Positions 1 to 7,853 of a stretch of DNA of 50,805 bases are shown piece after piece. A program made the position numbers and the translations under genes. The notes beneath the pieces are model-generated. The model saw nothing but the letters and a program-made list of their open reading frames with translations, had not been told where the DNA came from and did no database searches. How positions within the stretch are numbered: the first letter of the stretch is position 1; every line of letters starts with the position of its first letter. Source of the stretch: a virus; the IMG/VR virus record IMGVR_UViG_3300025159_000004, positions 1 through 50,805 of that record; one strand, written 5' to 3'.

Positions 1-99
1 ACGGGGTCGACACTCCCATCAACACTAGAAAGAACGCTCGTCATCCAGCCAGACATCGCGGGGATGCCTGACTCACGATATGTGCTCATCGTGGGTAAT
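1..99. repeat. Exact 99-bp terminal direct repeat, copy 1 (identical to 50707-50805); circular or terminally redundant assembly overlap
   Basis: Read directly: the first 99 nt equal the last 99 nt, and ORFs run through the junction. Confidence 0.95.
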
Positions 100-408
100 A
101 CTGGAGTAGTGCCGATGTTCCTGGCCGTTGATTCCTATGTAGTGGGAAGCCCGGTCGTAGTAGGAAGCCCGATCATAGAGTTCTATTTGGACTCATCGCC
201 ATATCCCGTCTATGTCTGCCGCACCCAGGAGGGCGCGTGGAGCCTCATCCGCCGCGACATGATAACGCTTGGAACACGCCGCGCAATCTTGGAGCGTGCG
301 ATGTTAGACAACAAGGATACTGAGGCGCTGATGAAGTCACTTGACCCCGAAGCAGAAGGGTTCCCCGATTCAAATGTGCTCCAGGGTGGCGTGGCGGGGT
401 ATCTGTAA
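64..408 (+). CDS. hypothetical protein (114 aa)
   Basis: The ATG overlaps the stop of the 50478-50777 ORF once the window is circularised (ATGCCTGA). The stop overlaps the next start (TAATG). Confidence 0.7.
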   Translation: MPDSRYVLIVGNTGVVPMFLAVDSYVVGSPVVVGSPIIEFYLDSSPYPVYVCRTQEGAWSLIRRDMITLGTRRAILERAMLDNKDTEALMKSLDPEAEGFPDSNVLQGGVAGYL

Positions 409-992
409 TGCGCCCGGTCATCTTTGACGTCGATGGCGTGCTTGCCGACTTTCTCAGCAGCTATACAGCCTTAGCTAAGCGGCTCTATGGCGTGCCACAC
501 CTCACGACGACGACGTATCGCCGCTGGGATGAAGACGGCTTAACGGAGCCGCAGCGTGACTACGTATGGGAGCAGATTATCAAGAGTCCCTCGTGGTGGG
601 TAAACTTAGCGCCGCTCGTAGGCCCTGACACATTCAGGCGTATCTGCCTAGTGAACACGCTCCAGCCGGTTTACTTTGTGACGAGCCGTCCGGGGTTTGC
701 GGTCCATACTCAGACAACAGCATGGCTTCGTAACCACGGTATCTTTGAGCCACACGTCATCGTGTCAAGTAAGAAGGCTGAGATTGCGTCAGCCGTTGAC
801 GCGGGATGGGCCATCGACGATAAGGCAGGTAACGCGCTCGCAATCGCCTACATGAGCCCAGGGACAGATATCTACTTGCTCGATAGGCTGTATAACCGCT
901 TTGACCACAGCGTAGCCGGGCGACGTGTTACGCGCGTTGCGACGGTTGAAGAGTTTCTTGACCGGGTGGAACGAGAAGGAGGAGCGGCATGA
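408..992 (+). CDS. HAD-superfamily 5'(3')-deoxyribonucleotidase-like protein (NT5C type)
   Basis: HAD motif I FDVDGVLADF sits at the N-terminus and an AIDDK motif lies near the C-terminus. The ~190 aa size matches the NT5C family. Confidence 0.6.
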   Translation: MRPVIFDVDGVLADFLSSYTALAKRLYGVPHLTTTTYRRWDEDGLTEPQRDYVWEQIIKSPSWWVNLAPLVGPDTFRRICLVNTLQPVYFVTSRPGFAVHTQTTAWLRNHGIFEPHVIVSSKKAEIASAVDAGWAIDDKAGNALAIAYMSPGTDIYLLDRLYNRFDHSVAGRRVTRVATVEEFLDRVEREGGAA

Positions 993-1399
993 CAGATACA
1001 GTGCAGATAGCGACGCGCGATGTGGTGGCAAGCGACGACACTTCAGTGCTTGTGGAGCGCTTCCGCCAGAAGTATCCTTACGGACACCGCGAGTTCTTGA
1101 CGATTGCCGTCAAGGAGGCCCAGCTACACTCAGACAAGAATCACGACTATGCCAAGGGTGGTGATGCGCTCGGTAACTTCAAACGTGTCGCTGCCATCTT
1201 GGCACAGTATCCGGAGCTCAACGCGGGCGACCCTAAAGTCGTGGCGCTCACGTATGCCTTGAAGCAGCTTGATGCCGTCTTGTGGGGACTGTGCCAGAAC
1301 ATCGACCACAAGGTTGAAGGGCTGTATAGTCGCTTGCAGGACGTAAGCGTGTACGCAAAGCTTGTGATGTGCATGCTGTTGGACGAGAATGGGAAATGA
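989..1399 (+). CDS. DUF1599 / MazG-like all-alpha nucleotide pyrophosphohydrolase-like protein (tentative)
   Basis: A KNHDYAKGG motif is followed by a helical K..D and E..D..Y pattern. The gene is translationally coupled at both ends (ATGA overlaps). Confidence 0.45.
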   Translation: MTDTVQIATRDVVASDDTSVLVERFRQKYPYGHREFLTIAVKEAQLHSDKNHDYAKGGDALGNFKRVAAILAQYPELNAGDPKVVALTYALKQLDAVLWGLCQNIDHKVEGLYSRLQDVSVYAKLVMCMLLDENGK

Positions 1400-1653
1400 G
1401 CGCGAAGGGGCAGGTAGTAGCAGTAACAAACGAGAGGGTACACGAGTGGGTGCTTGCGGGGAAACCGTGCGCGTTTTGTGGATCGGCACCACGGATTAGT
1501 ACGGCCTTTCTACACTGTTCCTCATGTCTTGGGGAGGGGCACTTTGGGCATGCGCGTGGAGACTTATGTGAACATGAATGGGCTTGGCGCCTTAATCAGA
1601 CCCTACGTGATATCCTAAATCGGGATGGCAGTTATCGTGCCAACAGCGATTGA
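1396..1653 (+). CDS. small zinc-finger protein, LAG-CxxC...HCxxC paralog family
   Basis: The start was moved to ATG 1396 (ATGA overlap with the upstream stop). Motif: EWVLAGKPCAFCG...LHCSSC. Confidence 0.6.
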   Translation: MSAKGQVVAVTNERVHEWVLAGKPCAFCGSAPRISTAFLHCSSCLGEGHFGHARGDLCEHEWAWRLNQTLRDILNRDGSYRANSD

Positions 1654-1888
1654 CACTATCGAGCAAGCCCTCATTGAGATCGAAGCGAAGCTCACGGCAG
1701 CGTGGCGCAACAACCGCTGTCTCACGTGCCCGATTGGCGAGCTGGCCGCGCTTGCTGCTGCTACGCGAACCTTCTACCAGGAGCAGAAACATGGCCACAG
1801 CGGTAGGAATAGCCCCTCCAGTCCTCCAGTTCCAGGCAATGACGGACATTGGAGTCATGCATGGAGACGAGATGGCCCTCGCCTATGA
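1625..1888 (+). CDS. hypothetical protein; 3' boundary uncertain (overlaps next gene in another frame)
   Basis: The first ~58 codons look protein-like (IDTIEQALIEIEAKL..CLTCP). The tail after ~1795 looks off-frame. Confidence 0.35.
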   Translation: MAVIVPTAIDTIEQALIEIEAKLTAAWRNNRCLTCPIGELAALAAATRTFYQEQKHGHSGRNSPSSPPVPGNDGHWSHAWRRDGPRL

Positions 1889-2072
1889 TGTGATCCCCAA
1901 CGCTGACGCACTCGCTGAAGCGGTACTCGCGGGACTAGCAGAGACTTGTGCGCACTGCGGGCGAGTGGTTTGGGTATACAAGATCAAGACTTCTGATGTT
2001 CCCCGGGTGAGTTGGTTCCACGAGGCGTGCTATAAGGACCTGTCTGTCGCTGCTAAAGTAACGAAGAGATAG
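1791..2072 (+). CDS. small zinc-finger protein, LAG-CxxC family; last gene of the rightward arm
   Basis: ATG 1791 has GGAG 8 nt upstream. Motif: AVLAGLAETCAHCG...FHEAC. Confidence 0.55.
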   Translation: MATAVGIAPPVLQFQAMTDIGVMHGDEMALAYDVIPNADALAEAVLAGLAETCAHCGRVVWVYKIKTSDVPRVSWFHEACYKDLSVAAKVTKR

Positions 2073-2452
2073 CTACATGGGCTTGCCCACCGTGCCTTGG
2101 CCTCGTCAAGGGTATACCACGTAAGGCTGGGAAACACGTCATGCTGGCCTTCGGTGACCATATCAACCCGACCCACGCCAACCGCATCCGGTGGGGCACC
2201 CTCGATATCACCCTTGTAATAGAACACCATGATCCGTCCTGACGTTATCTCCGCGAGATACGCCCAAGCGTCTGGCGCCAACGCTAGACGGACGAGAAAC
2301 AGCTCTTTACCCTCACCACACGTCGCCAGCTGTGCCCCCTGAGCATACTCAGTTGACCCGCTGAACGTCTTGAATGGGAATGGGACGTCGATAGCAAACG
2401 CGGCCGCGCTCGTCAGCAGAACGAGAAGTCCTGCGATCATACCACGCTTCAT
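2030..2452 (-). CDS. secreted protein with N-terminal signal peptide; last gene of the leftward arm
   Basis: The N-terminus MKRGMIAGLLVLLTSAAAFA-IDV has a classic n-h-c signal peptide with AFA. The start overlaps the upstream stop. Confidence 0.7.
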   Translation of the reverse strand: MKRGMIAGLLVLLTSAAAFAIDVPFPFKTFSGSTEYAQGAQLATCGEGKELFLVRLALAPDAWAYLAEITSGRIMVFYYKGDIEGAPPDAVGVGRVDMVTEGQHDVFPSLTWYTLDEAKARWASPCSYLFVTLAATDRSL

Positions 2453-2751
2453 GAGTTGCCTCCGTCCTTTACGGGTTCATAGACTACGACACTCTCGACC
2501 AGGTCTTCCGGTACAAAGGTACAGACGATTTCATCGTCCTGCTTCAGCAGCGGCGCGCCAGTTGCATGAGAGTGCTCTAGCTGAACGACTCCATCCGTAA
2601 TGTCAATGATGATACCGCGCTCCCGCCACGTCGCCAGGCAGCCTAGGCCGCGCGGGCGCTCGCGGTAGTTTGGAATGGTCTGCCGCGACTCACCGGGGTC
2701 TCTCCACGTCAGCTCAACATACTTCCCGAGATACGTCCGGTTGATCTTCAT
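2449..2751 (-). CDS. hypothetical protein (100 aa)
   Basis: ORF coupled to its neighbours by overlapping start and stop codons. Confidence 0.7.
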   Translation of the reverse strand: MKINRTYLGKYVELTWRDPGESRQTIPNYRERPRGLGCLATWRERGIIIDITDGVVQLEHSHATGAPLLKQDDEIVCTFVPEDLVESVVVYEPVKDGGNS

Positions 2752-3080
2752 TAGTAGGGCCTCTTTGGGTCATATTCCACGTGTAGGTGCTCGTTGTCCG
2801 ACGCTGGGTCCTCGTGGAGCACGTCGAAGTCTTCTCCAAGCGCTGTTTTGGCGTCTGCCACGATCACGCTACGGAGTGTCGACGGCATGACGTCATTCAG
2901 CCTGAAATCCAGGGCATTGCCCACATAGTGTTCTGAACCAACTGTGTGGCCACCCTCGATGCCAACGGTAATGACACAGTCGCGGTTATGCTTCTGGTAG
3001 ACGCTCGCGACTATCGTTGCTGCGAGGACGATCTGTGGTGTCAACCCCAATATTCGGACGCCCGGCTTCAGACTCAGCAT
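2751..3080 (-). CDS. peptidase M15-type (VanY / L-Ala-D-Glu peptidase-like) endolysin
   Basis: Carries the SxHxxGxAxD motif (SEHYVGNALD) and a C-terminal EHLHVEY zinc-ligand motif. The start was set to ATG 3080, which has GGAGGG 9 nt upstream. Confidence 0.7.
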   Translation of the reverse strand: MLSLKPGVRILGLTPQIVLAATIVASVYQKHNRDCVITVGIEGGHTVGSEHYVGNALDFRLNDVMPSTLRSVIVADAKTALGEDFDVLHEDPASDNEHLHVEYDPKRPY

Positions 3081-3456
3081 TGCGGTATTCCCTCCACTGC
3101 TTCCAGCCCCCAGCACGCACCGCCGACCACATGAGCCACGCCCGCCAGCGCGGCTCGCCAAGAGTCACAATAGCCTCGTAGAAGACGCTATCTGCTTGTG
3201 CCCGCGTTACGCCATTGGTCTTGTAGAGCCAATCGTGGATCACCGCAGCTTCATGCGCTGTGTCGCCGGTAAGCAGATACGCCAGCGGTATCCGGGGCAC
3301 CGACGCGCAGTCGGTCTGGAAGCCACGCGGCACGATGAGACGCCCGCCAAGGACATCGCTTCCATAATGGAGCGGCTTGGTGAGTTGCCAGATCGGGCGC
3401 GCGTCTTTCGTCGTGCCAATCTTCTTGACTTCCAGGCTCGTATAGAAGACTGCCAT
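2986..3456 (-). CDS. DUF1353-family protein
   Basis: Motifs PRGFQTDCASVP and AAVIHDWLY are typical of DUF1353. The 3' end overlaps the endolysin start by ~95 nt. Confidence 0.65.
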   Translation of the reverse strand: MAVFYTSLEVKKIGTTKDARPIWQLTKPLHYGSDVLGGRLIVPRGFQTDCASVPRIPLAYLLTGDTAHEAAVIHDWLYKTNGVTRAQADSVFYEAIVTLGEPRWRAWLMWSAVRAGGWKQWREYRNAESEAGRPNIGVDTTDRPRSNDSRERLPEA

Positions 3457-3457
3457 G

Positions 3458-3613
3458 CTACGTTCTCCTGTCTAAGTAGTCTGAAATAGCGAGCGTTCCG
3501 TGGTACACGAGCTCCCCAAGCGCAAAGAACGCATGCACGCTATGCCAGGCCGCTTTATGTGTCTCGTTCATCTTCGTGAAGCGCATCCCTAGGATCACGA
3601 GCAGCGCCAGCAT
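3458..3613 (-). CDS. small membrane protein, holin-like (51 aa)
   Basis: Below the ORF-track size cutoff. GAGGG precedes the ATG. Hydrophobic segments MLALLVILGM and AFFALGELVYHGTLAI are present. The stop abuts the DUF1353 start. Confidence 0.6.
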   Translation of the reverse strand: MLALLVILGMRFTKMNETHKAAWHSVHAFFALGELVYHGTLAISDYLDRRT

Positions 3614-3615
3614 GG

Positions 3616-3765
3616 TTAGTCCCTCAAGTGAAGATGCTTTTCAACCTTTGTCAAGCGGTCATCGATATGCTTTACATGGTTACGGGTCAGAAGTCTGTAA
3701 ATGGCCGCGCAGAACGCTGTGGTATACAGATACGAGCCAAGGACGATGGTTTCGAGGAGTCCCAT
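3616..3765 (-). CDS. small single-pass membrane protein, holin/antiholin-like (49 aa)
   Basis: Hand translation gives MGLLETIVLGSYLYTTAFCAAIYRLL followed by a charged tail. The start overlaps the upstream stop (TAATG). Confidence 0.6.
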   Translation of the reverse strand: MGLLETIVLGSYLYTTAFCAAIYRLLTRNHVKHIDDRLTKVEKHLHLRD

Positions 3766-3929
3766 TATAGCACCGCGCGACATGCTTGCAAGACTTCGTG
3801 GTTAATCTGGTACTTGACGAGCGTGTCAAGGGCCGCGTTGCACGCATCCAACGTCTGGAACAGAAGGATGCTCACAAACTTACCGCCCCACAATTCAGAG
3901 ATTTTCAGGAGCACGACTGCTGTGACCAT
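3765..3929 (-). CDS. small protein (54 aa) heading the lysis cassette
   Basis: Hand translation gives MVTAVVLLKISELWGGKFVSILLFQ.... The ATG starts 1 nt after the upstream stop (TGAGATG). Confidence 0.5.
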   Translation of the reverse strand: MVTAVVLLKISELWGGKFVSILLFQTLDACNAALDTLVKYQINHEVLQACRAVL

Positions 3930-3930
3930 C

Positions 3931-4533
3931 TCAGGTGACCATTTCTAGCAGGAACTCTGCTTCCCTGCCCTCTGGGATACTCTCCGGTGGCCAGCTTGAC
4001 GAGCACGCTGTAACGACCGGGGCGTCCTCACCAATGTAGCCGTGTAACGCAAACCAACCCCTGAAGCCGATAGACTTGAAGAGCGGCACCCACTCTTGCA
4101 AGTATGGCCCCGGCGGGATCACGTCATTCTTACGGAACCATGCGCCTGACGACCACGGTTCAGTGCCGTCTGGAGTCTCGGGTGCATATGGTATTCCAAG
4201 CGTCCGACACCACTTGCGGAGGTAGCGACGGTCGCCGACAAGCAAGTCGACAGTAGGTGTCGGTCCCAGCGCCACAAAGTGATGCTTGCGGCGCAGCTCC
4301 TCGAAGAACAGCGCGTCACGGTGGGGAACCCATGAGCGCTTATTACGGACCACTTCAAAGCTACTATCAACGACCGCCAGATCAGTAACGCGAGCAAACG
4401 CCCATAAGTCGGCCTGGCGGACGAGCGGCATCCCGGCGCCTTCACCGTAGAGGACAAGCTGGTGGCCCGTGCGGAGAATACGCCCCGCAATCTCCGCACC
4501 GTCGCCGCGTGGGCTAATCCACAGAATCTTCAT
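3931..4533 (-). CDS. hypothetical protein (200 aa), weak ATP-grasp-like features
   Basis: MKILWISPRGDG... together with YLRKWCRTLGIPYAP and GFRGWFALHGYIG recall pre-ATP-grasp/ATP-grasp segments. This assignment is not secure. Confidence 0.6.
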   Translation of the reverse strand: MKILWISPRGDGAEIAGRILRTGHQLVLYGEGAGMPLVRQADLWAFARVTDLAVVDSSFEVVRNKRSWVPHRDALFFEELRRKHHFVALGPTPTVDLLVGDRRYLRKWCRTLGIPYAPETPDGTEPWSSGAWFRKNDVIPPGPYLQEWVPLFKSIGFRGWFALHGYIGEDAPVVTACSSSWPPESIPEGREAEFLLEMVT

Positions 4534-7500
4534 TATTTAGTCTCCCCACCAAAGAGCAGCTCACGCTTCTGTTCGCCTTTAAGCCTGCGGATTTGCTCCT
4601 GCCGCTCTATAGCAGTCTTGGCTTCGCGTGTTACACGAGTACCGGAGATGTCCTGCGGGGCAATCTCCCAGCCTGTGAAGCCCTTCATGGCAGCAGCACC
4701 CCAGGGCGTGCCTGGCTGCAGGAACTTGCCTGACTGCGTATACACTCGCGACAGGAAGAATGACTGGAGCCCAACGACGGCTGCCGTGTTCATGACGTAG
4801 ATTGGCCTGCCGCGCCGATCATATGTCTTCTTGAAGCCCACCATCTCTTGGAGCAGTGTGGGCATCTTGTCAACCCAATCGCCATAGGCTTCACTGATCT
4901 TCGATCGGGGATCGAGCGGCTCGCCCATTTGGATGTTCCACTGGAAGGCAAGTGACAGCGCGCCGCGGATCATCGGGGCGGCGCTCCACATCCAGTTGTT
5001 CACCAGCGCTGCACGGTAGGACTTCTCACCATGCGCACCCGGGAGAATACGGTTCAGGTCTTCCATTGGCAGCCCGAGACCAACAAAGTAGAGTGGTTCC
5101 CCATTTGGTGTGCGCCCCAGCGGCAACGCGAGACCTGAGTTGACATACTCTGGGAGGTACTGGAGATCCTCAGGTGGCACGTCGCCACGTGCGGCGAACA
5201 CCTTACCGAGAAACGCCTGGTAGCCGGGGCGCGCAATGACGGCTTTGGCTTGGAGGGGTAGGTTATGGCGCATGAACGTGTAGAACGGAATGGCGCGCCG
5301 CAGCAACCCGCGCTCAACGGGCGACAACATGTCGTAGTCAAAGAGGAACTTGTTGACCCTCCGTGCGGCTTCATCGGGGCCATAGCCACGCCGCAGGTAG
5401 GTGAGCCAGAGAAACATGCGCGCTTCGTCCTCAACCTTGCTGCCAAAATGCTCAGCACCGCGGGAGAACTGTGTCAGCGGATTACTTGACGTGACACGCT
5501 CGATCTCACGCTTGGTTGACGACATGATCTCCAGTTTGCCTCTAAACTCACCAAGGACGCCGTGGGAAGTTGCCAGCTCGCGAAGGTGGTCGAATGTGTA
5601 GCGTTCACCAAGCTGGGTGACGAACTCGCCCTGTTTGCCCAAGAGGATTTGCCACGCTTCAACTCGGCGGGGCCCATTCAAAGCGACTAACCCAATATCG
5701 AGCGCGCTATTGACAACATTGGTCGTGTAGTTCCGCGCATGGAAGCTTGGCCAAAAGATGGTCAACGCCCGCTTGGTCATGTTGAGCATCTGGTCGTAGC
5801 CGGTTAGGAGAATCTGCAAGCCACCTTGGACGCCCGGCTCCGTGTACATGCCGAGCGAGGAATTGATATCCCGAGCAATCGCGCGTGGGATCATGAGGTC
5901 CTTGAATTGCTCCAAGCCCCGGATCTTACCAATGGTCACGAGGTCTTCGTCCATCCAACGGGCGCCTAGCCCGATCTTATGGCCTTTGGCAATAGCAGCC
6001 TGCTGGAGCGTGCTGAGTGGATTACCACGAGCAAGATCCGCTACAGCAGAATTCCAGACGTGCCCTTCGGTCTTCGTGAACCCATACTTCTGAACTGTAG
6101 ACTCCAAGAACTCTCTCGCAAGGAACACACGCTCGTGAGCAAGGCGACGCTGGGCGAATAGCTGGAAGGCATCCTTCGTGATGGGCTCCAGGCCAGCCTT
6201 CATCCCCTCTTCAATCGTGTCGTAGGTGCGCTGTAGATTTTCGCGCATGCCTGGAGATGTCATTCCCGATCCCAGCCCCGTAAGCGGCTCGACGCGAGGA
6301 TTCTTCCACAGATGGCGCATATACTCACTACGCATGGTTGTTGCTAGGCCAGCGCTAATCTCCATCTGCCGCATGTTCTTTTGAGAGGCGTCTATGTAAC
6401 GCGCAATTGCTGCCAAATCCGGGCGGTCAAGCGCGAGCTGGTCTATGCCACCGCGTTGGGATCGCTCGACAGCATACGTGATCCGTTCGCGCGCTACGTC
6501 GTCCAGCGGGCCGGTCGCCATCCGCGCAAGATCGGCTTCCTCGTCGAGGATGTTAGCCTTGACGCCGTGGTACGAGTTGATGAAGCCGTTCTTGTCCTCG
6601 ATGTATGGTAGGTAGTGTGCTACAGCGGCGTCACGCTGGAAGATTTGGCGCAAGGTCGTCAGTCGGCTTTCACCCTTCTTGGTATAGCCGAGAGCTTGCT
6701 CCAGTTTGTGGAGCGATTTCTCCCACCCGCGCTCTATAGCAGCAATGGCTTGCTTGCTTCCGGGGATCGCCTTTCCCGCGAAGCGTACCGCATTGGCATC
6801 AATGAGGTCGCCGCCCTGACCTGCGCGAATACGCACCTGGAGGTTCGCCTCAGCGATAGCGCGCGCGGTCAATCCTTGCGCGCCGTTAGCTTTTGCCCGC
6901 GCGATCTGCCTAACCAGCTCAGCCTTGCCAGCGTCGTTGAGCCAGACACGCGGCAGCAAGATACGATCAGGGCGAAGGGTCATCTTGGCCCCAAGCTCGA
7001 TGGCGCTGCGGCTTGCGCCAACGGTGGTGTATGTCAGCGGGTCGAGCCCGACATCCATAGCGAACCCTAAGACCCCCCGGCCCGTCGCTAAGGTTGTGGG
7101 CTCCCCATATGACATATGCATGCGTGGATCACGCCGAGCACGATCAGGGTCGTCGTAGTATGGGTTGACTTGGATAGACCCCAGTTCTGGTAGCCCAGCT
7201 TCTTTGAGAACGTCTCCAAAGTTGTATTGTTCTTGACCGGTCAGCCCGCGCCAGGCGCCAGCAAACTCGCTCCCAGGCGTGCTGGGATCTTTGAATGCAG
7301 CCATGGCAGCGCCAGCGATAGCATAATTGGGGCGTAGTGCCAAGTCCAGGATACGCATCATCAGCCCGGGGCGAGGTGGCTCTTTCTTCTCGGAGACACC
7401 GGAGATGTCCGTGCCTAACGCTTCCAACTCCGCGAGATCCTTGACGTTCTGTTGGTCAATCTCACTTGCGCGCTTCCACGTCTCAGCGTCCATCTCGGGC

Positions 7501-7853
7501 ATTGGCCCGTATGGACGAGAGGTGAGGAATGACCCGGGCCCCAGTCTCGGCGGGCGCGCACCCGCGGGCTCTGGAGGGTAGACTTTGGGCGGTGGCGTCA
7601 CGAGACCCGCGACCTCTCTTTGCATACGCTCTGAGAGGCGCACAGAGGGGTCGCCAGGCGTAGTTTTGATGGGGGCCGCTAGGGGGGTGGCGGGTGTAGG
7701 CCGATCGTTGATCCTGGAGCCACCTGGGGCCGCTACAGGGGAAGTCGGCTTATAGCCCCGCAGCGCGGCTTCGAGCTCAGCTTGGTCGCGCGGCTCGCGG
7801 TCAAGCTCAACTTCGTAAACCCCGGCGTCCGTATCTACGCGATACTTTGGCAT
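4533..7853 (-). CDS. large virion-associated protein (1106 aa), possible internal/ejection protein
   Basis: Longest ORF in the window. It is coupled by a TAATG overlap and follows coiled-coil virion proteins. No catalytic motif was recognised. Confidence 0.8.
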   Translation of the reverse strand: MPKYRVDTDAGVYEVELDREPRDQAELEAALRGYKPTSPVAAPGGSRINDRPTPATPLAAPIKTTPGDPSVRLSERMQREVAGLVTPPPKVYPPEPAGARPPRLGPGSFLTSRPYGPMPEMDAETWKRASEIDQQNVKDLAELEALGTDISGVSEKKEPPRPGLMMRILDLALRPNYAIAGAAMAAFKDPSTPGSEFAGAWRGLTGQEQYNFGDVLKEAGLPELGSIQVNPYYDDPDRARRDPRMHMSYGEPTTLATGRGVLGFAMDVGLDPLTYTTVGASRSAIELGAKMTLRPDRILLPRVWLNDAGKAELVRQIARAKANGAQGLTARAIAEANLQVRIRAGQGGDLIDANAVRFAGKAIPGSKQAIAAIERGWEKSLHKLEQALGYTKKGESRLTTLRQIFQRDAAVAHYLPYIEDKNGFINSYHGVKANILDEEADLARMATGPLDDVARERITYAVERSQRGGIDQLALDRPDLAAIARYIDASQKNMRQMEISAGLATTMRSEYMRHLWKNPRVEPLTGLGSGMTSPGMRENLQRTYDTIEEGMKAGLEPITKDAFQLFAQRRLAHERVFLAREFLESTVQKYGFTKTEGHVWNSAVADLARGNPLSTLQQAAIAKGHKIGLGARWMDEDLVTIGKIRGLEQFKDLMIPRAIARDINSSLGMYTEPGVQGGLQILLTGYDQMLNMTKRALTIFWPSFHARNYTTNVVNSALDIGLVALNGPRRVEAWQILLGKQGEFVTQLGERYTFDHLRELATSHGVLGEFRGKLEIMSSTKREIERVTSSNPLTQFSRGAEHFGSKVEDEARMFLWLTYLRRGYGPDEAARRVNKFLFDYDMLSPVERGLLRRAIPFYTFMRHNLPLQAKAVIARPGYQAFLGKVFAARGDVPPEDLQYLPEYVNSGLALPLGRTPNGEPLYFVGLGLPMEDLNRILPGAHGEKSYRAALVNNWMWSAAPMIRGALSLAFQWNIQMGEPLDPRSKISEAYGDWVDKMPTLLQEMVGFKKTYDRRGRPIYVMNTAAVVGLQSFFLSRVYTQSGKFLQPGTPWGAAAMKGFTGWEIAPQDISGTRVTREAKTAIERQEQIRRLKGEQKRELLFGGETK

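Noticed and set aside
1-99. Terminal repeat as LTR or inverted-repeat ends of a mobile element
   Set aside because: The repeat is direct, sits inside coding sequence and simply circularises an intact phage gene order. No transposase or integrase is present.
3576-3948. Plus-strand ORFs 3576-3770 and 3628-3948 from the ORF track
   Set aside because: They have no RBS and run against the operon. Three coupled minus-strand small membrane-protein ORFs explain the region better.
4119-5458. Same-strand nested ORFs inside larger genes (e.g. 4119-4499, 5054-5458, 8206-8568, 10727-11251)
   Set aside because: These are alternative frames of confidently coding genes, with skewed Arg/Ser/Pro composition and no independent translation signals.
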